A DNA stretch of 64,000 nt, from the NCBI GenBank assembly GCA_037142195.1, contig JBAXBA010000001.1, positions 128,001 through 192,000 of the forward strand. Reading direction: 5' to 3'. This DNA is from Pseudomonadota bacterium (lineage in GTDB: Bacteria > Bdellovibrionota_B > Oligoflexia > Oligoflexales > CAIMVM01). Below are positions 1 through 8,703 of this stretch, piece by piece. The position numbers and the translations under genes were made by a program. The number at the start of each line of letters is the position of its first letter. Position 1 is the stretch's first letter. The notes beneath the pieces are model-generated. The model ran no database searches and was not told the DNA's origin. It saw only the letters and a program-made list of their open reading frames with translations.

Positions 1-612
1 GATCGCCAGAAAGTCGCCCAGGCGTCTTATAGCCAAATTATACTTGGGATGATTGATACCCAGGGTCTGTAGTGAGGAGCTTATGGAGTGTGTCAGATGA
101 AGACAAATGGTGAAAGTGGCTAAAATATAGAGGCCGACGAGCCATGGCTCTTGAAAGGATAGAACCACCATTTGATAGACGTCAAACGGTTCCAGTTCAG
201 AAAAAAGCTCCGGATGTGTGAGGCGCCAAGTAAAGTGTGCGAGATGATAGATGATGTAAAGTAGAATTACAAAACCAGTCATACCCATATTTCTGGAGCT
301 CCAACTAGAGCCCTTCCAAGCTGATGAGGCATACGGAATGGGATTGGCAGCGCGGTTTCTTTTCGTTAGAACAACAGCCGTTGCAACGTGGACGACTAAT
401 GCGACGACACTTAAAATCCTAAAAGCCCAAAGGGCTGCCGGAAATTTTCTAAGCGTTTCAGCATAAGTATTAATGGCTTCAGGTCCTGCATAAATCAGCA
501 TGTTTCCGCTCAAATGACCCAGCAGAAAAAAAATCATAAATAGCCCAGATAAACCCATCAACCACTTTTGACCAATGGTCGACTTCATCGCCTTAAAAAC
601 CCAAGAGTTCAT
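1..612 (-). CDS. sdhC: Succinate dehydrogenase/fumarate reductase cytochrome b subunit (b558 type), 3' end runs off the window
   Basis: Not in ORF track; manual translation from ATG at 612: MNSWVFKAMKSTIGQKWLMGLSGLFMIFFLLGHLSGNMLIYAGPEAINTYAETL...VHVATAVVLTKRNRAANPIPY...SRNMGMTG...YHLAHF...CLHLTHSISSSLQTLG; transmembrane helices with conserved heme-ligand His residues; open to position 1. Confidence 0.9.
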   Translation of the reverse strand, partial: MNSWVFKAMKSTIGQKWLMGLSGLFMIFFLLGHLSGNMLIYAGPEAINTYAETLRKFPAALWAFRILSVVALVVHVATAVVLTKRNRAANPIPYASSAWKGSSWSSRNMGMTGFVILLYIIYHLAHFTWRLTHPELFSELEPFDVYQMVVLSFQEPWLVGLYILATFTICLHLTHSISSSLQTLGINHPKYNLAIRRLGDFLAI

Positions 613-878
613 TTTGGTTCCTTTTCTTTTTGAAATTGAACATTTGTCCTTTTTCTTTCAGCTCTTTAGAGAGCCGATAGGATATCAGACTTCGTGGCAG
701 CGCGCATTTAAAAACTGCCGTCCACGTGATAGGCCCAATCCTTGGCATGGGAAGCCCAAAAGGCAAAGAAAACATGCCTACCAAATCAGTATTTTTTCCC
801 TGGATAGGATTAAGGCGGCCAGAATAGAATTCCTCGGCCGGCGTTTTGCTTTTAGATGAAGTGAGATTTACACGGGCA

Positions 879-3470
879 TCAAGCGCTTTGCACACCGGCG
901 ATGACAACGAGGGCCGACTGTTTGCTAAAAAACTTTGCTGCAGACCGTTTTATATCCTCTCGCGTTACCTGCTCTATCTCTGCTGAATAGCGCATAAATT
1001 TGTCATAGCCTAGCCCATAAAGCTCCATGAGAGACATCGTCATCGTCTGGCTGTCTGCTTTTTGCATATCCATTTCATGGAGCCCGATCAAATGGGCCTT
1101 GGCCCTAGTGAGCTCGTCTTCGGTTACAAGCTCGGTGGCAATTTTGGCGAATTCTTCTTTCATGCCTGAAATCGCTTCTGATAATTTACTTGGCGCAGTG
1201 GCGATATAACCACCAAGGGAGCCTCTTAAACAGCCAAACGTGGTGATGGGAGATACAGAATAGGCCAAGGGGTTCTTTTCCCGAAGTTCCATAAAGAGCC
1301 TTCCGCCATGTCCCCCCAAGATGTCCGTCATCACTTCAAGAGCTGGCTTTTCCTGGTCCATCCAATTCACCCCTCTAAAGCCATAGATTAGATGGCTCTG
1401 CTCTCGGTCCATGGGAATATGCTTTGTGACACCGGCCCATGGGCTTAGGTCTTCTTGGGCTTTAGGAATGGGAGTTGAGGCCGCTGGATGAAAGGATTCC
1501 AACAGTTTCGCTAATTTTTCAACAATGATCTCTGGGCTTTGGGGTCCCACGATCGAAATCACCCAATTTCTTGATTCGATCATACCTTTATAAAACTCAT
1601 TGAGTTTATTTATAGTAACCGACTCTATGGCCTGTTTGCTGCCATAGACGGGGTGAGCATAGGGAGTTCCTTCAAAGAGAACACTTTGAAAAGTCTTCAT
1701 AACCTGATGAGCTGGTGAGTCTTCTTGGGCTTTAATGGATTCTAGGGTTTCCCGCTTGTAGGACTCGAGCTGCTCTTCTGGAAAGACAGGGTGCAGAAAG
1801 GTATCACAAAATAAGCTGAGCATTTCGTCCGTTTGATCGGCGAGGCAGTGCATTGACATGCCAACGGAGTCTTTTCCAGAAAAGCCATGAAGCGACGCGC
1901 CGAGGGACTCGACCTGTCTCACAAATTGATCACGAGGAACCGATAAGGTTGCCTCTGCCCAAAGTCTTGACAGGGCATGATGCATTCCTAAGTCTTTTTC
2001 GGACTCAAAAGAGAGCCCGCCACGAGCCGCTATGACTAGGCTGACCTGCTCAGCGGCCGTGTTTTGGCGATAGATAAGCTTCAATCCTGGCTTCATCGTG
2101 TCCACAAAAACCGGGTTAGGAACAGCATGTTCCATCTTGGCCTCGCGGGTCTCCTCGACTGTTGACGAGCCAGCCTCCTTATAGGCCTCTTGAATTCCTT
2201 GGCGGTAAGCTTTCAGCACATCACTTTCGGTAAGATGGGATTCCGTTGGTACCATGCCGACAATGATTGCTTTTTCAGGGTCAAGCCAGCGACGTATCGC
2301 GCTCTCCACGAGAGAGGGGGTGGCAAGATCTACCTGTTTAGAATAGAGATCATCAAAATGCAGCTTTAGGGAGGTTTGGGCGCCAAAACCCACACTTCTT
2401 GCCTGACCCTCAACGGTCTCGTCTCGATAAATGCGATCTGACTTTAAAGAGGCTCGAGCCCTCGATATTTCTTCGCTGGTCACCGGATCATGGGACAAAA
2501 TAAGGGTTAATTGTTTCGCCATCGCAGTAATACAATCGAGATAGGATTCCAGGGGAGCTGCTGCAGACACTGTAAAAAGTCCATCGAACTGGGGCGTAAA
2601 TCCAGAAACCCCCACTGCTGAACAAACTCGGGACTGGTCTCTTAACCTGAGATTCAGGCGAGACATGTCACCTTGTCCTAAAGCAAAAGCAGCTAAATCA
2701 ATGAGGGGCGTATCAAAGTGTTCCAGCTCGGGCGCAGGTAGCGCAATTTCCACTCGAGCCACTTGGTAGTTTTCTTTTAAAAGTACAGCTTTAGGTTGGT
2801 GAGAAAAGGTATGATTAGGAAATAGGGGCTGAGGTAAGGCCTTGCCGGTTTTGCCTTCAAAGCGTTTTTTAAGATACCCAAGCATTTCCTTCGCGTTAAA
2901 ATCACCTACGACCACAAAAGTCATATTATCAGGTTGGTACCATTTCTTATGAAAGGCCATCACCCTCGCCTGGGTAAATGCGGCGACTTCAGGTTCAAAG
3001 CCTATAATCGGTCGGCCAGCTTCATTGCCCTCATAACAAAGTTCAAAAAGCCTTCGTCCCATTTTACCGCCCGGGTCATCCAATCCTCGGCGTATTTCTT
3101 CCAATATGACTTGGAGTTCTCTCTCCAATTCTTCCCCATCAAAACTGGAATTAAAGACGGCGTCGGCCAATAAGTCGACACCGTCGTAAGCGTGTTTAGA
3201 AATCAAATTCATATAATAAACAGTGCGCTCAAACGTTGTGTATGCGTTGATCTCGCCACCCCAACCCTCTACCAAAGTGCCTATTTCGCCCATTTTACGG
3301 GACGGTGTGCCTTTAAAAAGCATATGCTCCACGACATGGGCCATTCCACGCTCATCTGCGGCCTCATGAAGAGCTCCTGCCTTAATCCAACACTGAATGG
3401 AAACCACTTTTGAAAAATGATTTTCTTTTAATACGACTTCAAGGCCATTGGAGAGTTTTTCAATTAACAA
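879..3470 (-). CDS. M16 family (pitrilysin/insulinase-like) zinc metallopeptidase, two fused M16 halves
   Basis: Inverted zincin motif HVVEH in GMAHVVEHMLFKGT, NAYTT, downstream EE; second half degenerate; no signal peptide; TTG start. Confidence 0.92.
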   Translation of the reverse strand: MLIEKLSNGLEVVLKENHFSKVVSIQCWIKAGALHEAADERGMAHVVEHMLFKGTPSRKMGEIGTLVEGWGGEINAYTTFERTVYYMNLISKHAYDGVDLLADAVFNSSFDGEELERELQVILEEIRRGLDDPGGKMGRRLFELCYEGNEAGRPIIGFEPEVAAFTQARVMAFHKKWYQPDNMTFVVVGDFNAKEMLGYLKKRFEGKTGKALPQPLFPNHTFSHQPKAVLLKENYQVARVEIALPAPELEHFDTPLIDLAAFALGQGDMSRLNLRLRDQSRVCSAVGVSGFTPQFDGLFTVSAAAPLESYLDCITAMAKQLTLILSHDPVTSEEISRARASLKSDRIYRDETVEGQARSVGFGAQTSLKLHFDDLYSKQVDLATPSLVESAIRRWLDPEKAIIVGMVPTESHLTESDVLKAYRQGIQEAYKEAGSSTVEETREAKMEHAVPNPVFVDTMKPGLKLIYRQNTAAEQVSLVIAARGGLSFESEKDLGMHHALSRLWAEATLSVPRDQFVRQVESLGASLHGFSGKDSVGMSMHCLADQTDEMLSLFCDTFLHPVFPEEQLESYKRETLESIKAQEDSPAHQVMKTFQSVLFEGTPYAHPVYGSKQAIESVTINKLNEFYKGMIESRNWVISIVGPQSPEIIVEKLAKLLESFHPAASTPIPKAQEDLSPWAGVTKHIPMDREQSHLIYGFRGVNWMDQEKPALEVMTDILGGHGGRLFMELREKNPLAYSVSPITTFGCLRGSLGGYIATAPSKLSEAISGMKEEFAKIATELVTEDELTRAKAHLIGLHEMDMQKADSQTMTMSLMELYGLGYDKFMRYSAEIEQVTREDIKRSAAKFFSKQSALVVIAGVQSA

Positions 3471-3480
3471 AGTCTACCTT

Positions 3481-4443
3481 TCACATGCGCACATCAAGAC
3501 CGAGGGAAACGGCTTGGTGCAAATTGGATTTAGTTAAATCTTTTCTTGAGGTGTGGTACGCAAGCGTAAAGCCATTGTTTACAATAGCAACGCCCCCTGC
3601 AGCAAACCGAATCGGAGATTCAGAAGCAAGGGTCTGTCCATAGGACACAATCAACCGTAGGGTATTCTGCACCGTCGCAGTAGCAGAGCCCGTAATAGAG
3701 CGCTCTTTTGAAGTCGCCCCCAAGATTACCTCGTCTCGAATGCGGTCACGTTCTTTATAGTCGATTTGAGTAGTTACTGCACCTTCTCCCCAAAGACCGG
3801 CAATGCCATAACGAATAGTTTTAGGTGCGAGATTTTTAATTTTTTCTCCGTTGATGTTTTCGACAGAGGCTCCAACCCGAATCGAGGTACTTAAAAGTGC
3901 TGCAATACCTCCTCCTAATCCGCTTCCTGATACTTTTTCCCATTTCCCGTCATTTTGATCATATCCTTCTGCATGAATAAAGCTCAGTCCCACGGAAACT
4001 TTTGCAAACGCCTGAGCGAGACCAATCGTAAATCGTCTCTCCCCTGGGTCGTCAAACTGAACCGCTTCTAAAAATTTCTTTTGATCTTTTTCGGGATTGG
4101 GAAGGGTCTCGGAGCTCGTCGTCATCATCACGCCCGCTGCTACACCAGGAGACGTCGTAGGATCTACCACTCCAAGTTGATAATAGTTTCTTCCACCACT
4201 GGGCCAATGGATGGTTCCCCCAACCTGATAAGCCGTTAGAGCAGTCATCATCGCGGGATTTAAACGAACGGCACTAATATCGGTAAGTGCCGCCATTCCA
4301 GAATTGGAAAAAGCTTCACCGTGACCGCCGACACTCTCTATGCCGTCTGGAATAGGGCTTTTCTTGTTGAGCGACGTGGCCGCGAAGCCGTTGGAATAAA
4401 AAGCACCAAGTCCCCATAGAACAAGTGCACTTTGCTTGAGCAT
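3481..4443 (-). CDS. Outer-membrane beta-barrel protein, PorV/FadL-like
   Basis: Signal peptide (..NGFA); N-terminal SVGGHGEAFSNSGMAALTDISAVRLNPAMM resembles the PorV/FadL G..MG.A..A..D.SA..WNPAG motif; alternating beta-strand pattern to the C-terminus. Confidence 0.6.
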   Translation of the reverse strand: MLKQSALVLWGLGAFYSNGFAATSLNKKSPIPDGIESVGGHGEAFSNSGMAALTDISAVRLNPAMMTALTAYQVGGTIHWPSGGRNYYQLGVVDPTTSPGVAAGVMMTTSSETLPNPEKDQKKFLEAVQFDDPGERRFTIGLAQAFAKVSVGLSFIHAEGYDQNDGKWEKVSGSGLGGGIAALLSTSIRVGASVENINGEKIKNLAPKTIRYGIAGLWGEGAVTTQIDYKERDRIRDEVILGATSKERSITGSATATVQNTLRLIVSYGQTLASESPIRFAAGGVAIVNNGFTLAYHTSRKDLTKSNLHQAVSLGLDVRM

Positions 4444-4512
4444 AATAAAACTCCAGAATGGTTCTAGAGTTTCATTCTAGCCTTGCTGGGGGCGTTTGGG
4501 CTAGTGATTGAA

Positions 4513-4845
4513 TTATTTCTTTTCTGGGGCTGGTTTTGCAAAGGCTCCAGAAATCTGATCTCTAATGATACGAAAGCTCGCTCCGCCCGCATCAATACTG
4601 ACCACATTGTCTTGAATGGTTTTCACTTTTCCAATGATTCCCGCTGCCGTTACGACTTCATCGCCAGGCTTCATGGCATTCAAAAACTCGCGATGCTCTT
4701 TTACCTTTTTGCCCTGAGGTCTAATGACAAAAAACCACATAATGGCAAGAAGACCAATAGGAAGTACCAGCTGTTCGATCATGCTTGGTCCTTTAGGGCC
4801 CGCTGCAGCCTGCGCATAGGCAGTTCCAACTAATGAAAAATTCAT
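4513..4845 (-). CDS. yajC: Preprotein translocase subunit YajC
   Basis: TM helix ending WFFVIRPQ, then KPGDEVVTAAGIIGKV; 110 aa. Confidence 0.95.
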   Translation of the reverse strand: MNFSLVGTAYAQAAAGPKGPSMIEQLVLPIGLLAIMWFFVIRPQGKKVKEHREFLNAMKPGDEVVTAAGIIGKVKTIQDNVVSIDAGGASFRIIRDQISGAFAKPAPEKK

Positions 4846-4997
4846 ATATTTCCTCTTAAATGTATCATGAACTCAAAGACCCGGCAAAATACTCCAATCT
4901 CACCATCTTTGCAACAACCCTCTCCTGTGAGAGACTTTCACAAAAGCCCGAGGCGGCGGGCACTCAGGCTCTATATACCTAAAATCAGGAGACTCCC

Positions 4998-5303
4998 ATG
5001 ATTTCAAAGTTAATGTGTCTTGCACTTCTTTTGTTGGGAGTATCTTGTGGAAAAAGCGAAAGCAAGACCACTCCTGCCGCAGCGGGACTTTCCGCTGGAT
5101 TCGGTACCAACTGCACAACCTGTCACGGCTCGGCGGCGACAGGCGGGTCTGCCAAAAGCTTAAAAAACTATGCAGGGGGCCAGGACGCCTTTACTAGTGC
5201 TATCAGAACCGGCACCTCTGGGATGCCACAAACGTTCACCACCTCCCAATATTCCGATGCAGACCTTCTGGCAGACTACAATTTTCTAAAAAGTGTTCCC
5301 TAG
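4998..5303 (+). CDS. Small monoheme c-type cytochrome lipoprotein
   Basis: Lipobox LLGVS-C, heme motif CTTCH, candidate distal Met in GTSGMP; AGGAG RBS upstream. Confidence 0.85.
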   Translation: MISKLMCLALLLLGVSCGKSESKTTPAAAGLSAGFGTNCTTCHGSAATGGSAKSLKNYAGGQDAFTSAIRTGTSGMPQTFTTSQYSDADLLADYNFLKSVP

Positions 5304-5362
5304 TAGATCTTTCCTTAACTGCTCCTTGGGAAAGATATTGTCGCTCTTCCGACTTCACAAAG

Positions 5363-5397
5363 AAACACCCGAACTCCTTGTTAGAGTTCGGGTGTTT
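5363..5397. terminator. Bidirectional intrinsic terminator between convergent cytochrome c and S8 protease genes
   Basis: Perfect 14-bp inverted repeat AAACACCCGAACTC-cttgtta-GAGTTCGGGTGTTT. Confidence 0.8.
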
Positions 5398-5418
5398 TAG
5401 ATTCTTCAGAGACTAAAC

Positions 5419-8400
5419 TTACTTAAGCAGAATGGTTTCTACGCCACCCTCAACCAATAGGCCCCGGGCTATTTTTGAGCCCGGCACATAGACGGCGTCC
5501 GACTGGGATGTCTTTTTAAGGGACATTGTCGCACCATTTTTAAGGGTTTCTAGAGATTGCTTTATTACTGAGAGCTTATCTAGATCTAGGGATTGCCACT
5601 TGTCACCATTTAGAAACTCATCGCCAAAAGACTGCATGGCTATCTTGACGCCGATCGAGCTTGAAAGGTCTTTGCCAAGAGCTTTAGTTAGAGCTTCCAA
5701 AGGAATATTTAAAACTTGCACTGTGCTCATTTTGTAAAGCTTTTGTTGAGTGAAATCAAGCACTGCTACTGTAAAGGGCATGATCTCTGGCTTTTCTTTT
5801 TTAGCTTCTGCCTGGTTGAAAGTCGCAATTTCTTGGGCTTTAGAAAAATCAATCAAGGCTGTGCCGGTGGCATTCTCCAGGGACGGCTCATTGACGAGGG
5901 AGGACAGATCAGAGGAGAGTACGGCTTCCACATCGGTCTTTCCATCGTTGTTGAGATCCAATTGAATGGAAGGCTCACACAAGGTATTGATTTCATGTTT
6001 CGTTTGCACAGAAATAGCGACCTGAAGCGTCTTCTTGTCGTCTTGATCAAGGATTCTTGCCGCTGCTGACCGAAGGTCACAAGGATTTAAGGTACCCACG
6101 TCCAGTTTTTGTTTGGAAACGTTACTGGTACCTATAAGTTTAAAGTCTTTTAGAACTTCTATATCTGAACCTGAACGATTCGTGATGGTAGTTTCGCGGC
6201 TCAGAGGGTTGTAGCGAGCGCTAAGCTCTAAGTCATCTCTGATGATTCCAAGAAAAGGAACCGAAGCCACTTTTTTTCCAGAAGCGTCACTTAGAATGAT
6301 AAATCCATCAACCTCGGAAGACTCTTTACCAAGATACTCAAATTCCACTGTCAGTTCTGATTTTGAGTGGGCTGGGACCATAAGGGTGCTTTTCGTTTTT
6401 ACTTTGATGAGCTCTTTAGAAAGAGAGCTGATGGCAAAAACTTTATCTTCTGAACTCTTATTTTCTACAACTATTTTTTTACTCAGTGATCTAGATGCAT
6501 CTTTTTCCACAAACCCTAGAGAAAGAGCATTGGGGGTCATGAGCACATCGGTCGCCACAGCTAAGTCCACTTGAACTCGTCCCGCACCTTGGTTGGCAAC
6601 ATCTGCAAACCCAGACTTGCCTTGTAAAATTTTAGAACTGTTCATAAGGCGAGTGTTCAGTTCGGAAACGCTCGCATTCGGGAGAGCTTGTTTCATCAAA
6701 GCCATGACGCCCGCCATATGGGGAGCAGCCATCGAAGTTCCACTCATGCGAATCCCCTCACTGCCCTTGCCTGCGCCGGCTGAAAGGATGTTTTGGCCGG
6801 GAGCAGAAATCTGTGGCTTGATGAGACCATCGCCAAGACGCGGCCCCCTAGAGCTAAAATCCGTAATGCGGTCTATAAACTCTGGCTTTTCGATCTTCTT
6901 GCCGTTATTGAATTCAAAGACAACGGTTTGAGACTTCATGGCCTCTTTAATGGCATCACCATTTTTAAGGGAAATCATCACGATGGGAACATCTTTAGCG
7001 ACATCTGAAACGCTAGGGCTTACAGGTTCACTGTCGTTCTTATTCACGATCACCACACCTTTCGCCTTTGCTTTAAGGGCGCGGTCGACTTTTTCTTGAA
7101 ACGTGACCACTCCGCGATCGATCAGGGCGATCTTACCGGCGAGAGCGGCCTCCATCTCAGGGGAGAGATCTTTATCGGCAAGTCCAATGTATACAAGGTC
7201 GCCAGAAACCCCTAAAAAGGCTTCCGGTTTGTCACAGGTCGGTGCCCATTTGGATTCCATCAAAAGGGTTTCAGCCTTAAGAACGACGGAGCTTGCGCTA
7301 AACTGCCAGTTCACCGCGTCATTATCGACGGAGGCCGCTATACTTAACTGCCCTTCATAAAGAGTCGAGGGGGCACCGACGATAAACGGAACATCTCCGG
7401 AATTGCCCGCAGAAATCACTACTGCTACTCCAGCTTTTTCTAAAGTCTTTAAAGCGATCGGATAGGGTCTATCAACTGGCATACCAAATGATGAGCCAAG
7501 AGATAGGTTGAGCACATCGAGACGATCACTTGGGTCTAAGTCGCCATTGGGGTCCACAGCATAGTCCAGGGCAGCCATCACAATTTCATCCGTGGTACTG
7601 CCACCTTTAGGAAAGACCTTTATGGCATAGAGAGTCGCATCTGGCGCTACCCCATTATAAGTATGAATGCCATCGCCCACCCCGGCAGCCGTCCCTGCCA
7701 CATGGGTTCCGTGCTCATCGGCATCCAGTGGGTCAGGATCTGGCTGAGGGATCTCGAGATCTCCTTGTTTAAGCCATTTATCGCCAGAAAGATCGGTTCC
7801 ACCTTGGACTTTAGCTGTGGGAAATGACCCCGGTTCAATGATGGATTTATCATTGTCACTGTAGTCCGAGGGAAGGCCACTTCCGCCAAACATCTTATGA
7901 GTGTAATCAATGCCGGTATCTATGATGCCAATTTTAATGCCTTTTCCAGCGATCCCCTGTTCATTAAGCTTGGTGGCTCCAATCCAGCCCGTAGAGGACG
8001 CTTCCACAAGCGCTGCTTCTAGGTTTTTTTGAGCTTCCATTTTTTGGAAGGCTTCGGGCTGGGGAATGCGAGAGGACGAGTGCAGAGCCTTCACGCCCTT
8101 AAGAGAGGCGACCTTTTCGACATCTGACTTGGAAATCATGATGGCTAACCCATTGAAATTCATGCGGTAACGAAAAAGGACTCGCGCATGAGGTATTTTA
8201 GCCAAAAGCTCCCTTTCGGCATCTTTTTGTTCTTTTAAGATCATGTCCTTAGCTTTTTGAGAGATGATCAACTTGCCATCTTTTCTCTCAGCGCCTTCGA
8301 TAAGGGCTAGAGACTTCAGCTGGATGATTTTGATCACCCCATCTGCCGGAGCGCCGCGGGTTGAAAAGGCCGCCGGATCACTCACAAGGCTTGGAACAAG

Positions 8401-8463
8401 GTTCGAAGGCTTTGTGCACGCACCAACGGCCACAGACGACGCTAACAGCAGATACTTTTTCAT
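5419..8463 (-). CDS. Subtilisin-like S8 serine protease lipoprotein (Vpr-like) with I9-type prodomain, PA domain and C-terminal beta-rich extension
   Basis: Catalytic motifs IIDTGID, HGTHVAG, SAGNSG, GTSMAAPH; PA insert (GKIALIDRG...KAKAKGVVIVN); lipobox AVGA-C; start taken at MKKYLL (ORF track extends to 8529). Confidence 0.93.
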   Translation of the reverse strand: MKKYLLLASSVAVGACTKPSNLVPSLVSDPAAFSTRGAPADGVIKIIQLKSLALIEGAERKDGKLIISQKAKDMILKEQKDAERELLAKIPHARVLFRYRMNFNGLAIMISKSDVEKVASLKGVKALHSSSRIPQPEAFQKMEAQKNLEAALVEASSTGWIGATKLNEQGIAGKGIKIGIIDTGIDYTHKMFGGSGLPSDYSDNDKSIIEPGSFPTAKVQGGTDLSGDKWLKQGDLEIPQPDPDPLDADEHGTHVAGTAAGVGDGIHTYNGVAPDATLYAIKVFPKGGSTTDEIVMAALDYAVDPNGDLDPSDRLDVLNLSLGSSFGMPVDRPYPIALKTLEKAGVAVVISAGNSGDVPFIVGAPSTLYEGQLSIAASVDNDAVNWQFSASSVVLKAETLLMESKWAPTCDKPEAFLGVSGDLVYIGLADKDLSPEMEAALAGKIALIDRGVVTFQEKVDRALKAKAKGVVIVNKNDSEPVSPSVSDVAKDVPIVMISLKNGDAIKEAMKSQTVVFEFNNGKKIEKPEFIDRITDFSSRGPRLGDGLIKPQISAPGQNILSAGAGKGSEGIRMSGTSMAAPHMAGVMALMKQALPNASVSELNTRLMNSSKILQGKSGFADVANQGAGRVQVDLAVATDVLMTPNALSLGFVEKDASRSLSKKIVVENKSSEDKVFAISSLSKELIKVKTKSTLMVPAHSKSELTVEFEYLGKESSEVDGFIILSDASGKKVASVPFLGIIRDDLELSARYNPLSRETTITNRSGSDIEVLKDFKLIGTSNVSKQKLDVGTLNPCDLRSAAARILDQDDKKTLQVAISVQTKHEINTLCEPSIQLDLNNDGKTDVEAVLSSDLSSLVNEPSLENATGTALIDFSKAQEIATFNQAEAKKEKPEIMPFTVAVLDFTQQKLYKMSTVQVLNIPLEALTKALGKDLSSSIGVKIAMQSFGDEFLNGDKWQSLDLDKLSVIKQSLETLKNGATMSLKKTSQSDAVYVPGSKIARGLLVEGGVETILLK

Positions 8464-8703
8464 TTGTTTCACCAAAAATCCTCCTGCCCTTTTTTTGGGC
8501 ACATGGGTCATATCTCCCCCCATAATCACTTGTCAAATAGTTTAAATTACGGGCAAATCAGTTTTGGTCTTGAGGGGTTACATGGGATCTTAGATCCCAT
8601 CCTTCAGATCTCTTTTGGCCGTTCGGCTAACGGGTTTCTTTTATTGGCTGAAAACAAGACTCACCTATGATAGAAACTCGGACCCCAAGATTGGACATAA
8701 AAC

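Noticed and set aside
575..907. ORFs 575-859 (+) and 593-907 (-)
   Set aside because: Overlap the sdhC start and the M16 peptidase end, no recognisable motifs; more likely the sdhC promoter region
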